From Myxococcota bacterium (GTDB taxonomy: Bacteria; Myxococcota_A; UBA9160; UBA6930): a stretch of 64,000 nucleotides of DNA. Positions 33,301-43,326 of this stretch are shown here, piece after piece (the stretch's first letter is position 1; each line of letters begins with the position of its first letter). The notes beneath the pieces were generated by a model that was given only the letters and a program-made list of their open reading frames with translations, ran no database searches and had not been told where the DNA came from. The stretch spans positions 1,184,001 to 1,248,000 of the forward strand of contig OZ245015.1 in the NCBI GenBank assembly GCA_965223705.1, written 5' to 3'. The translations under genes and the position numbers were made by a program.

Positions 33301-34416
33301 CCACGATGTTCCGTCCCACGTACGGAAGCTGAGGCCGTTGCTCCCCGTCGTGCCGTTGTTGTAGACGAGCATGGCATCGCCGCTCGATGACTCGTAAGCG
33401 ACGGCGAAACCCCAGCGGTTGGCGTCCGTAACGGTGGCGAAATCGTTGAACGCGAACGCCGTCCAGTTCGAGCCGTCCCACATCTGGCCGCTCAGGTTCC
33501 CGCTCGAGTCGACGCCGACGACGATTTTTTCGTCTCGCGTGGGCGCTTCGGCGCCGTCCATGGTGCGCCACGGCCCGCCGATGTTCGCGGTATTGGTTTC
33601 CGGATCGAGGGCCGCACCATTCAGCTCGCTCGTCTGAGGGGTCGGCACGCTGTTTTCGGACCAGATCGCCGTTCCGTCGAGCGTTCCGACAAAGCCGGCT
33701 TGCGCTGCTGCACTGAGCGCGTTCGAGGTCTCGACGCTCCCGTACTGGAACTCGAGCTGCCAATCGCCACCGCGGGTTGTGGCGCCCGTGAGGTCATCGC
33801 TCGCTGCGACATCGGCGCCGGTGACTTCCGCCAGGTCCGAAAGGAACGCGCGTCCGTCGTCGGTCGACGCGAGGTTGCAGCCGTAGAGGAGGAGGTCCGC
33901 TTCGCCCGTCAGCGCGCGCTGCCACGTTCCAACCCCCGCATTCGGATCTCCGAGATCCGCGTGCGTGAACCAGTCGTTGCCGAGCAGCAAGCCCTCTTCA
34001 CTGCCGTGAGAAAGGATGTGAAGCGCATCGAGGTCGCCCGCGTAGCCGGCCAGCACCCGACTGATCTGTGCCGTGCCCGATTCTTGATCGTTGAGCAGAA
34101 GGACGTCGAATTCGACGTTACTCGTGCTCTTCGATCGCAGGTCCGCGAACAGCGCGTCGGCATTGTCGAGACGTCCATCGATCACGACGAGCTCCCGCCG
34201 GGGCTCCGTTTCTGCGGACACGACCGAAGTTCCGTGCTCGCTCTCGATGGGCGCCGTTCCGATCGGGTCGCTCGGCGGCGCCGCGATCTCCGCGGGCAAC
34301 ACCGGGAGATCGGCCGAAAGGAGGAGCCTCGGCTCGAGCGGCTCGAGAAGCGGGCGCCGCCGGCGGGTCGGGTTCCGGCGGGGTGAGGGAGGGCGCGTGC
34401 GTCGTTTCCTGGACAT
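27396..34416 (-). CDS. giant repetitive extracellular protein (LEPR-XLL leader, DUF4347-like domain, WDG repeats, 120-aa repeats, hydrophobic C-terminal domain); reading frame broken by apparent 2-bp deletions
   Basis: [20 protein letters not shown]...LLLYGCNLA...[12 protein letters not shown]...GGDWQLE; ORFs 29962-34440 and 27396-30941 carry the same repeat and join at ~30840; C-terminal [26 protein letters not shown]. Confidence 0.85.
28990..31545 (-). repeat. about seven tandem ~360-bp (120-aa) intragenic repeats
   Basis: Recurrent [25 protein letters not shown]...[55 protein letters not shown]; near-identical DNA in the central copies. Confidence 0.88.
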
Positions 34417-34563
34417 ACAGGGGGGATATCGACCCGACAAACCGCACTGCTAAGACATATCGGGTGACTAAAGCCACGTTCGCTGCAGTCCGTCGGGAGA
34501 TTCGCATCGGCCTTACGCATGAGTTGCTCCAGTTCTGCCGATCACCGACCGAAACCGAGAACT

Positions 34564-36165
34564 ATGAACCGGACCGCCGGAAGATTCCGCGTGCTGGCTG
34601 CGCACGGCGGAGTTTTCGCCCTTGCGACGTTGCTGGGCGTCAGTTGCGCGTGGGGCCCCCGGGAAACGACTCCCGAGGAAGTCCGCGAACGAATCGCGCG
34701 GGATCGCGAGGCCTTGGCGTTGGCCGAGCCCGTCCCGGACGAGCTCACCCTGTACGAGGCCGTCGCGCGCGCCGTCTACCAGAACCTGGAGTTCCGCGCG
34801 GCGCTGCTCGAAGAAGCCCTGGCCCACGCCGAGTTTGAGGAAGGACGCCTCGACCTCCTTCCCAGTGTTGTCGCGACGAACGAGTACTACGGACGGAACA
34901 ACCGACTCGCGTCCGTGAGCGAGTCGGTGCTCACTGGGAACCAATCTCTCGAACCTTCTACATCATCCGATCGCCACGGCTGGCGATCCGATGCGACCGC
35001 CGCGTGGAGCGTTCTCGATTTTGGCGTCGGCTACTTGCGATCGCGTCAGGCGGCAAACGAGGCATTGCTCGCCCGGGAACGCCGAGCCAAGGCGCTGCAG
35101 GATCTTGTTCTCGATGTGAGCGTGGCGTATTGGCGGGTCGCGGCGTCGCAGCGGCTGCTCGAGGATATCGGCACGGTTCGGGCCGACCTTCGCGATGCCG
35201 CGCGCCAGTCGCGAGAGCTGTCCGACAAGCGCCTGCTCGACCCCGCCAACGCGACGGGGTATCAGCGCGACATTCTCGAACAGATGCGGACCTTGGATGC
35301 GATCGAGCGCGACGCGGCGAACGCGCGAATCGAGTTGGCGCGCGCGATCAATGCGCCGGCGAACGCGCGCTTGCGCGTCCGCTCGCTCGACCCGGCGCGC
35401 GCCCGGATTCCCGAACTGAAGGTGCCCGTCGAGCAGCTCGAGTACGACGCGTTGCGCCTGCGTCCCGAGTTGCGCGGCGCCGACTACGAGCACCGCATCT
35501 CACGGCTCGAGGTTCGCCGGGCGCTGCTACAGGCATTGCCCGGATTGGAACTTCGCGTCGGTTACAACCGCGACACCAACGACTTCCTCGTGAATGACGG
35601 CTGGTGGAACTACAGCGGCACCCTCTCGAAAAATCTCGTCGAACTGGTCACCGCGCCGAAGCGCATCGAAGTCGCCGAGGAGCGCTCGACACTGGCCGAG
35701 GCACGACGCTTGGCGCTCAGCACCGCGGTGATGGCTCAGGTCCAACTCGCGTATCGAGACTTCCGCCACGCCCAGGCACAAGCCGAGATCGCTGCTCATC
35801 GGAGAGCGCTCGAAGCGGACGCCAGCGCGGTCACCGAGCTGCGCTTCGCGGCGGGGACGGCTTCGGGGCTCGACGCCGCCCGCGCTGCCGGACGCCGCCG
35901 CGTTGCGGACCTGCAATACGCGAACAGCTACGCCCGGGTGCGCGAGTCGTTTGCCCGTCTCCAGAACGCGGTGGGGGAGGCGCCGGCGCCGCGCTTCGAG
36001 CACCTCGAAGACCTCGCCGCGCTGACCGCCTGGGCCGAGGTCTGCCTCTCGGATTGGGAGCGCCGCGCGGCGTACGGGCGTGGCTCGGCTCGTCTGGCCT
36101 ACAGGAATCTCGCGCCGTTCCGCTGGCACTACGGCGCGCAGCAACCCGCCGTCTCCTCGAAATAA
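34564..36165 (+). CDS. TolC-family outer membrane efflux protein (probable lipoprotein)
   Basis: Lipobox-like LGVSC, LTLYEAVARA...NLE, DLLP, WSVLDFGVGY, V..AYWR, A...RPELR; divergent from the giant protein gene. Confidence 0.87.
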   Translation: MNRTAGRFRVLAAHGGVFALATLLGVSCAWGPRETTPEEVRERIARDREALALAEPVPDELTLYEAVARAVYQNLEFRAALLEEALAHAEFEEGRLDLLPSVVATNEYYGRNNRLASVSESVLTGNQSLEPSTSSDRHGWRSDATAAWSVLDFGVGYLRSRQAANEALLARERRAKALQDLVLDVSVAYWRVAASQRLLEDIGTVRADLRDAARQSRELSDKRLLDPANATGYQRDILEQMRTLDAIERDAANARIELARAINAPANARLRVRSLDPARARIPELKVPVEQLEYDALRLRPELRGADYEHRISRLEVRRALLQALPGLELRVGYNRDTNDFLVNDGWWNYSGTLSKNLVELVTAPKRIEVAEERSTLAEARRLALSTAVMAQVQLAYRDFRHAQAQAEIAAHRRALEADASAVTELRFAAGTASGLDAARAAGRRRVADLQYANSYARVRESFARLQNAVGEAPAPRFEHLEDLAALTAWAEVCLSDWERRAAYGRGSARLAYRNLAPFRWHYGAQQPAVSSK

Positions 36166-36233
36166 CGGGTTTCGCACGAGCCCTCACGGGTCTGGCATAC
36201 TAGGTCGCTCGCAACGACCTAGAAGGAAGACCC

Positions 36234-37133
36234 ATGAGACTCGACGGAAAAGTGGCGATTGTGACCGGCGGCGGACGCGGCATCGGGAAGACCGAGTGCG
36301 AGCAGCTCGCGGCGGCCGGCGCGGCCGTGGTGGTGAACGATTTCGGTGGCGGAGCCGACGGTTCCGGAACAGGCGAGGGCCCGGCGAACGAAGTCGCGGA
36401 CGCCATCGTGGCCGCAGGAGGCAAGGCTACCCCGCACTACGGCGACGTGTCGAAGATGGAGACCGGCACCGATCTCGTACAGACGGCACTACGCGAATTC
36501 GGCCGCGTCGACATCCTGATCAACAACGCCGGCATTCTGCGCGACCGCATGCTCCACAAGATGAGCGAAGCGGAGTGGGACGCCGTGATCGCCGTTCACT
36601 TGAAAGGCACCTTCGTCTGCACGCGCGCTGTCGCCGAGGTCTTTCGCGAGCAACGCTCGGGCGTCATCGTCAACACGAGCAGCGAGTCCGGGCTCGGCAA
36701 CATGGGGCAGTCGAACTACGCCGCGGCGAAGGAAGGCATCGCCGGTTTCACGCGCACCGTCGCACTCGATCTCGGCCGCTACGGCGTCCGGGCCAACGCG
36801 ATCCGGCCGCGCGCCGCAACGCGGATGACGCTCTCCGATCAATTGCGTGAAGCCGTCGAGCGCGCGAAGAAAGCGGGCGAGCCCCACGTCGATCTCGATC
36901 GCCTCGAATCCTGGACGCCGGACGTGGTGGGCGCCTTCGTCACGTGGTTGTGCACGGATGCGGCGAAGGATCTCACCGGCCAGGAATTCCTCGTCAGCAG
37001 CGAAGGCATCGCGCTGATGACGCAACCTCGTCCGACGAGCAACGTGACGCTCGAAGGCGGCTTCGATCTCGGCGAGCTCGACAAGAAGCTCGTCGGGGCC
37101 TGGAAGCCCATCGCGCCGTACCACGGCGGTTAG
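36234..37133 (+). CDS. short-chain dehydrogenase/reductase
   Basis: TGGGRGIG, NNAGILRD, YAAAK; AGAAGGA RBS. Confidence 0.92.
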   Translation: MRLDGKVAIVTGGGRGIGKTECEQLAAAGAAVVVNDFGGGADGSGTGEGPANEVADAIVAAGGKATPHYGDVSKMETGTDLVQTALREFGRVDILINNAGILRDRMLHKMSEAEWDAVIAVHLKGTFVCTRAVAEVFREQRSGVIVNTSSESGLGNMGQSNYAAAKEGIAGFTRTVALDLGRYGVRANAIRPRAATRMTLSDQLREAVERAKKAGEPHVDLDRLESWTPDVVGAFVTWLCTDAAKDLTGQEFLVSSEGIALMTQPRPTSNVTLEGGFDLGELDKKLVGAWKPIAPYHGG

Positions 37134-37147
37134 GACCGGGAGAACGC

Positions 37148-38038
37148 GTGGCGCGCCGAGACGGACCCGTTGTCATCGAAGTGGCGCTAAACGGCGTCGC
37201 CACGAAGGGAAAGAACCCGCACGTACCGATCGGAGTCCAGGAGATCGTCGAGGATGCGCGTGCGTGCCTCGCCGCCGGCGCGCAGATCGTCCATCAACAC
37301 GACGAAATCGGAGAGGCCGGGAAGCTTGGCGGAACCTCGCCCGACGAGATGGCACAGCGCAGCGCTGCCGTCTATCGCGAGGTCCTCGCCGAAGCTTCCG
37401 ACGCGGTGCTCTACCCGACGACGAATTGGGGTGGCACCCACGAAGAGCGCTGGCGACATCAGGAAATCCTGGCCGAAGCGGGGCTCCTGCGAATGGCGTT
37501 TCTCGACCCGGGCTCGGTCAACCTCGGCGGCCTCGGTGCGGATCGTCTGCCCGCCGGCAACTTCGTGTACGACCACAGCTTCGATGAGATCCGCCGACTG
37601 TTCGACCGGTGTCGCGAGCTGAAGCTCGCTCCGAGCATGGCGATCTTCGAGCCGGGTTTTCTGCGGGTCGCGCGCGTGTACGAACGGGCCGGCGCGTTGC
37701 CCACGGGCGCATTCGCGAAGCTCTATTTCGGGGATCGCATGCTGTTCGGTCTTCCGCCCACGCGCGCTGCGCTCGCAGCCTACTTGGAACTTCTCGAGGG
37801 AAGTGAGATGCCGTGGGCGGTTGCGGTGCTTGGTGGCGACGTCGTCGAAAGTGGCCTCGCTCGCGCGGCCCTCGAAGCGGGCGGGCATTTGCGGGTCGGC
37901 CTCGAAGATTTCGCGGGCGACGGGCAACCGTCGAACCGGGAGCTCGTCGAAGCGGCGGTCGCGCTGTGCGCCGAGGTGGGCCGACCGGTCGCAACGCGCA
38001 AGGAAGCGGCTCGGCTGCTCGGTATACCGCGGGCCTAG
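37148..38038 (+). CDS. beta-keto acid cleavage enzyme (BKACE/Kce, DUF849)
   Basis: VIEVALNG, NPHVP, AGAQIVHQH, FEPG, GGHLRVGLED, SNRELV. Confidence 0.88.
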   Translation: MARRDGPVVIEVALNGVATKGKNPHVPIGVQEIVEDARACLAAGAQIVHQHDEIGEAGKLGGTSPDEMAQRSAAVYREVLAEASDAVLYPTTNWGGTHEERWRHQEILAEAGLLRMAFLDPGSVNLGGLGADRLPAGNFVYDHSFDEIRRLFDRCRELKLAPSMAIFEPGFLRVARVYERAGALPTGAFAKLYFGDRMLFGLPPTRAALAAYLELLEGSEMPWAVAVLGGDVVESGLARAALEAGGHLRVGLEDFAGDGQPSNRELVEAAVALCAEVGRPVATRKEAARLLGIPRA

Positions 38039-38053
38039 GGCCTCGCGCGGAGG

Positions 38054-39529
38054 ATGACGATGGCGGAAGATCTCGGAGCGAAACTCGCGGCGACCGTCGG
38101 GGAGGAACACGTTCTTCGCGAAGACGGCGACCGGGCGTACTACTCAAACGACCTCAGCATGGAAACCCGGGAGCTCGCCGCGTGGGTCGTCAAGCCCGGC
38201 AGCGCGGAGGAAGTCGCGGCTGTCGTCCGTCTCGCGGCGGACGCGTCCGCTCCTGTCGTGCCGCGCGGCGGCGCCATGTCCTACACCCACACCTTCGTGC
38301 CGGGATCCGCGGGCTCGGTGCTTCTCGACATGCGGCGGCTCAACACCGTGCACGACGTATCGATCGAAGACCTGGTCGTCGTCGCCGACACCGGTGTGAC
38401 GTGGGAAGAGATCTACCTGGCCGTCAGCGAGCAGGGCGGTCGCACCCCGTATTGGGGGCCGCTGTCCGGGCGCTTCGCGACCGTGGGCGGCACGCTCTCG
38501 AACAACAGCTCCTTCTTCGGCTCGGGTCGCTACGGTCTCGCCTCGGAAGCGGTTCTCGGCCTCGAAGTCGTGCTCGCGGACGGTCGGCGCATCAAGACCG
38601 GTGCCTGGTCCCACCGCAACAGCGGCCCCTTCATGCGCTACCACGGGCCGGATCTGACGGGCCTGTTCCTGGGTGACGCCGGAGCGATGGGCGTCAAGAC
38701 AAAAGCGGCGCTCCGCCTCATCCCCTTGCCCGAAGCCACGGTCGGCTTGTCCTTCGAAGTACCCGATGTCGATGCGTCGAACGCCTGCATCCTCGAGATG
38801 GGGCGCACCGAGCTCGCGACGGAAGTCTACGGGTTCGATCCCCTCTACAACGGCGTCTTCGCGGACGCCGGTTTCTCGTTCTTGGAAGGCGTCGATTGGA
38901 CGGTCTTCGTCGCGATCGACGCCGCGGACGACGCGCTCGCCGAAGCGGCTGCGGATCACTTGCGGGAGATCGGGCTCCGCTACGGCAAGGAGATCGATCC
39001 GAGCGTGCCCCTGGCGGTGCGGGCGGATCCCTTCGGAGCCGTACCACAAGTGCTCACCGGGCCGAAGGGCGAGTTGTGGATTCCCCTCCACGGCCTCTTC
39101 CCGCCGTCGAAAGCGAAAGCCGCGACGGACGTCACGCTCGCGTTTCTCGACGAGCACGCCGCGCTGATGGCGGAACACGGCATTCAATACTCGCTGCTCA
39201 CCGCAGCGAACGGAAAAGACTTCTTGTTCGAGCCGAGTTTCTACTGGTCCGACGCGCTGGGACAGTTTCGGCTGGAGAAGCTCACGCCCGAACGCGCGGA
39301 GAAGCTCCGCGACGTGCCCGACAATCTACCGGTTCGCGAAATCGCGCTTCGGCTCAGGCGTGAGCTCACGACGAGACTCGATGAGCTCGGCGCGATCCAT
39401 CTCCAGATCGGAAAATGGTACGAGTACGGTCGCTGGCTCCACGACGACAGCATGGACTTGCTCCGCACCGTCAAGCGCGGGCTCGATCCGATGTCGCTTC
39501 TCAATCCGGGTGCCCTGGGAATCGACTGA
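38054..39529 (+). CDS. FAD-binding oxidoreductase (GlcD/VAO family)
   Basis: VKPGSAEEV, PRGG, ATVGG, GLEVVLADG, GDAGAMGV, DPMSLLNPG. Confidence 0.87.
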   Translation: MTMAEDLGAKLAATVGEEHVLREDGDRAYYSNDLSMETRELAAWVVKPGSAEEVAAVVRLAADASAPVVPRGGAMSYTHTFVPGSAGSVLLDMRRLNTVHDVSIEDLVVVADTGVTWEEIYLAVSEQGGRTPYWGPLSGRFATVGGTLSNNSSFFGSGRYGLASEAVLGLEVVLADGRRIKTGAWSHRNSGPFMRYHGPDLTGLFLGDAGAMGVKTKAALRLIPLPEATVGLSFEVPDVDASNACILEMGRTELATEVYGFDPLYNGVFADAGFSFLEGVDWTVFVAIDAADDALAEAAADHLREIGLRYGKEIDPSVPLAVRADPFGAVPQVLTGPKGELWIPLHGLFPPSKAKAATDVTLAFLDEHAALMAEHGIQYSLLTAANGKDFLFEPSFYWSDALGQFRLEKLTPERAEKLRDVPDNLPVREIALRLRRELTTRLDELGAIHLQIGKWYEYGRWLHDDSMDLLRTVKRGLDPMSLLNPGALGID

Positions 39530-39532
39530 TCG

Positions 39533-40069
39533 ATGCTCCTCGATCGCGTGGCGCCCGAGGGCGCTTACGAGCAGACCGACACGCGCACAATGGCCGCGGC
39601 GCCGGGCGACGTGTTCGCGGCGCTTCAGCAAATCGCGCCCGGCGAGCTTCCGACGCTGGGGCACTTCTTCCGGCTAGTCGGTCCGGTCGCGCCGTTCAAA
39701 GCGGGGAAGCCCCTTTACGCGCAGATGCTCGACGCGGGTTTCGTCGTCATGGGTGTGACCCCGCTGCGCGAAGTCGTATTGGCTCGGCCCGCAAAGTTGC
39801 TGGGCCTCTTTCGACCGGAGCCGCGCGTGAAGAACCGTCGCGAGCTCGCGGCGTTCGACACGCCGGGCCACGTCAAAGTCGCGCTCGGCTTCTCCCTCCG
39901 AGCGGCCTCGGAAGGAGAAGCCACGTCGGTGACCGCGGCGCTCCGCATGTGGCCCGTCGAGGACCGCTCGGCGCGTCGCCTGCGTCTCGTCTGGCCGCTG
40001 CTGCGCGCCGGAGGAGGCGTGTTTTCCCGAGCCTGGCTCAAGGCGCTCGCCGAGCGAACCCGCGGCTAG
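39533..40069 (+). CDS. hypothetical protein (possibly DUF2867/SRPBCC-like)
   Basis: Closely follows the oxidoreductase; host-like codon usage. Confidence 0.55.
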   Translation: MLLDRVAPEGAYEQTDTRTMAAAPGDVFAALQQIAPGELPTLGHFFRLVGPVAPFKAGKPLYAQMLDAGFVVMGVTPLREVVLARPAKLLGLFRPEPRVKNRRELAAFDTPGHVKVALGFSLRAASEGEATSVTAALRMWPVEDRSARRLRLVWPLLRAGGGVFSRAWLKALAERTRG

Positions 40070-41241
40070 CTCGGTACGGGACCGCCGACGGCGATCCCCT
40101 CTTCGATGATGTCGCCGAGCTCCCGCGCGAGTCGCTTTCGACGAGGGGGGCGCCGGGCCGAACCCGCGAGTGTCGCGACGCGGTGCTGCCAGTAGAACTG
40201 ATCGAGCAGGTGGGGGACGATGCGTTGCGGAGCGCGCGCTCGGAACGCGGTGTGTGTGGATCCCGCGCCGCCGTGGTGGATGACGAGGGAGCAGCGCGGA
40301 AACAGCGCGGCGTGAGACAGCGAGCCGGCACGATGCGCGAAGGTCGGCAACGCGACCCTCCCGAGCTCAGCCCAACCGGAGCCGATCAGGACGCGCTGTC
40401 GTGTTCGGGCCGCCGCTTCGACGATGGCCTGGGTCGTCGCGATCGGATTCGGGTCCGGCATGCTTCCGAAACCGATGTAGACCGGTGGCGGCCCGGCCTC
40501 GAGGAAGCGCTCGATGTCCTCGGACAGCGTCGCGTCGCCTTCATCCGCGTAGAGAAAACCCAGGCGAACCACTTCGTGCGGTAGTTCCGCCGGGATCGGA
40601 GCCAGTTCTTCGTCGGCCGCCAAACGCGGCACGTCCGTCAGCAAATGTCGATAGATGTCCCGCACGGGAGCCAGCCCGAGCCGCGCGCGGCGGCGGTTGA
40701 TGAAGCGACGAAAGATCGGCGAGAACACGACGTCGAGTAGCGTCCACGAAAGACGATTCGCGACGCGACCCCAACCGGCGCCGGGAACGTAAAACGGCGT
40801 GACGTCGGGCGAACGCAACAGGTTCGGGCAGTAGATGACGTACTCGTAGGTCAAGCCGTGAAGCTCTGCGCAGCTCGGTCCGGCGGCTTGTGCACCGGCG
40901 CCCACGATGTGGTCGACGTCGCTCGTCGCTTCGGCCAACCGCTGGAACTGCGCGTCCAACGAAGCCTCGAGGTATCGAATGAAGGTGTGTAACTGCCTGG
41001 GATTCGACCGGGTCGCCGCACTCGCGTTGTCCGAGAGGAAAGCCTTCGCGTCGCTTCCCACCTCGCGGAATTCGAACGCGCGCCCTTGTGCGAATGCTTC
41101 GAAACCCGGCGGTGCGCAGAGGACGATCTCGTGCCCCTTCGCGGCGAGCTGTTCTCCCAAGGCGACGAGGGGCTGTACGTCGCCGCGTGTTCCTTCCGGA
41201 CAGAGGGCGATACGGCGCGGCGCTTCCATAGCCGACTTCAT
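40066..41241 (-). CDS. UDP-glycosyltransferase (GT1/GT28, sterol/antibiotic type)
   Basis: GTRGDVQPLVAL, PPVYIGFGSM, HAALFPR, HHGGAGS, DQFYW. Confidence 0.87.
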   Translation of the reverse strand: MKSAMEAPRRIALCPEGTRGDVQPLVALGEQLAAKGHEIVLCAPPGFEAFAQGRAFEFREVGSDAKAFLSDNASAATRSNPRQLHTFIRYLEASLDAQFQRLAEATSDVDHIVGAGAQAAGPSCAELHGLTYEYVIYCPNLLRSPDVTPFYVPGAGWGRVANRLSWTLLDVVFSPIFRRFINRRRARLGLAPVRDIYRHLLTDVPRLAADEELAPIPAELPHEVVRLGFLYADEGDATLSEDIERFLEAGPPPVYIGFGSMPDPNPIATTQAIVEAAARTRQRVLIGSGWAELGRVALPTFAHRAGSLSHAALFPRCSLVIHHGGAGSTHTAFRARAPQRIVPHLLDQFYWQHRVATLAGSARRPPRRKRLARELGDIIEEGIAVGGPVPS

Positions 41242-41251
41242 CGGCGAGCTC

Positions 41252-41953
41252 TCAGAGTTGGTCGAGTGCGAGGTGCGCTTCACCAAGCTCCGCAAACGCC
41301 TTCGGTGACCGGCAACGTTCCGGCAACACGTACGGAAGGTGGCCGAAAAAAGGGAGGTTCGAGAATTGTTGGATCATGGCTCGATGGGTTTTATGGGCGA
41401 GGGATTCGTCGGGCGAAGGGAGCACTTCATTGAGGATCCAACCCGCGATCGGAAGGCGGCGGGACGCTAAGGCGTCGAACGTCAAGAGCGCGTGATTGAT
41501 GCAACCGAGCTTTGCGCCGACGACGACGATGACCGGGAGGCCGAGCTCGGCGGCGAAGTCGGCATAGGTGACACCTTCGCCGAAGGGGACGAGTAAGCCG
41601 CCGGCACCTTCCACGAGTACGGGATCGAAGCGTTCGGCGAGGCCGCGAGCCATCGACACCAGGTGGTGCGTGTCGACTTCCGCGCCCGCGGCGCGCGCGG
41701 CAGCGAGGGGCGCGGCGGGGTCCGGAAAACGGACGGGACACACCTCGGCGTCGGACTGCCCGCTCTCGCTCATCGCGAGCAGTTGCGCTCCGTCGGCTGC
41801 GTAGTAGCCGCCGCCGAGTTTCTCGCAGCCGGTTTCGGCGGGTTTGAAGACGCCTACCGGGCGTCCTCTTCGTTTCAGCCCGGCCGCAATCGCGCAGGTC
41901 GCAAACGTCTTCCCCACGCCCGTGTCCGTTCCCGTGACGAAAAACCCAGGCAC
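41252..41953 (-). CDS. bioD: dethiobiotin synthase
   Basis: FVTGTDTGVGKT, KPAETG, VEGAGGLLVP, LGCINHALL. Confidence 0.95.
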   Translation of the reverse strand: MPGFFVTGTDTGVGKTFATCAIAAGLKRRGRPVGVFKPAETGCEKLGGGYYAADGAQLLAMSESGQSDAEVCPVRFPDPAAPLAAARAAGAEVDTHHLVSMARGLAERFDPVLVEGAGGLLVPFGEGVTYADFAAELGLPVIVVVGAKLGCINHALLTFDALASRRLPIAGWILNEVLPSPDESLAHKTHRAMIQQFSNLPFFGHLPYVLPERCRSPKAFAELGEAHLALDQL

Positions 41954-41955
41954 CG

Positions 41956-43326
41956 CTAGCCCTCGGTGACTCGCGCGATCGCGCGCGCGGTCACTTCGAC
42001 CACCCGTTCGACGAGTTCCGCCGGCATCCCGGGCGCGGGCATGAGCACCATGGTGTCTCCCAGGGGACGGATCACGACGCCGTCTTCGCGGGCTGCGAGG
42101 ACCGCGCGGTGGGCGATACGCAGATCGGGGTCGTAGCGCTCGCCAGCCTCGGGATCGCGCTGGATGTCGAACCCCACCATGAGGCCCACCTGACGAACGG
42201 GCCCGGTGTGGGCGAGCGGTTCGATGCACTCTGCGAGGGCTTTCGCCATTCGACCGGAGCTGTGGCGCGCGTTCTCGAGGGTGCCCTCGCGTTCGTACAC
42301 CTCGAGGTTGGCGAGCGCGGCGGCACAACCGAGGGGATTTCCGCCGTAGGTGTGGCCGTGGAAGAGGGCGCGATACGACGAGTAGGGGCCTTGAAACGCT
42401 TCGAAGATCTCTTCGCGAGCGAGGGTCGCGGCGACGGGCACCATGCCTCCCGTCAATCCTTTCGCCAAACACAGGATGTCGGGCGCGATGTCCGCTTGGT
42501 CGACGGCGAAGGTCGAGCCGGTTCGGCCGAAGCCCGTTGCGACTTCGTCGCATACGAGAAGGACGTCATGGGCGTCGCACAACGTCCGCACCCGCCGCAG
42601 GAACGAGGGCGGTTGCGGCCAGATACCGGCGGCGCCCTGGACCAAGGGCTCGAGAAACACCGCCGCCGTTTCGTCGGCGTGGGTTTGCAAATGACGCTCG
42701 AGGACCGCTTCGCTTCGCCGCGCCGCTTCTTCGAGTGCATCGGGGGTGATCTCGCCGAGGCCCGACAACGGCTCGCACAAGAACGGCGGCGGAATCTTTG
42801 CCACGGGAAACACGAGCGGCTCGTAACCGCGGTGGAACGGCTCGGAAAAGCCCAGGCTCACCGAGCCGATCGTGTCCCCGTGATACGCCTCGTCGAGGGT
42901 GACGAAGCCTTTTTTCTCCGGCCGACCTCGCTGAATCCAGTACTGGAACGCGATGCGGAGCGCTGCTTCGACGGCGGTGGCGCCGGCGTCGGTGAAGAAC
43001 ACGCGCGTCAGCGGTTCGGGCGTCCATCGGCAGAGAACTTCGGCGAGCTCGATCGCCGGCGCGTGCGATAAACCGAGCAACGTCGAGTGGGAGACCCGAT
43101 CGAGCTGCGCCTTCATGGCTGCGACGATGTGGGGATGGTTGTGCCCGTGAACGTTGCACCAAAGGGAGGAGACACCGTCGAGGTAGCGGCGCCCCTCGGT
43201 GTCGATGAGCTCGTAGCCGTCCGCGCGTTCGACGATCAGCGGATCGTACGAAGCCCATTCCCGATGCTGCGTAAAGGGGTGCCAGAGGTACTTGCGATCG
43301 GCTTTGACGTACTGCGCGTGTTTCAT
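41956..43326 (-). CDS. bioA: adenosylmethionine--8-amino-7-oxononanoate transaminase
   Basis: LWHPFTQ, SSLWCNVHGH, YHGDT, DEVATGFGRTG, AKGLTGG, HGHTYGGNPL; ATGA overlap with bioF. Confidence 0.95.
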   Translation of the reverse strand: MKHAQYVKADRKYLWHPFTQHREWASYDPLIVERADGYELIDTEGRRYLDGVSSLWCNVHGHNHPHIVAAMKAQLDRVSHSTLLGLSHAPAIELAEVLCRWTPEPLTRVFFTDAGATAVEAALRIAFQYWIQRGRPEKKGFVTLDEAYHGDTIGSVSLGFSEPFHRGYEPLVFPVAKIPPPFLCEPLSGLGEITPDALEEAARRSEAVLERHLQTHADETAAVFLEPLVQGAAGIWPQPPSFLRRVRTLCDAHDVLLVCDEVATGFGRTGSTFAVDQADIAPDILCLAKGLTGGMVPVAATLAREEIFEAFQGPYSSYRALFHGHTYGGNPLGCAAALANLEVYEREGTLENARHSSGRMAKALAECIEPLAHTGPVRQVGLMVGFDIQRDPEAGERYDPDLRIAHRAVLAAREDGVVIRPLGDTMVLMPAPGMPAELVERVVEVTARAIARVTEG

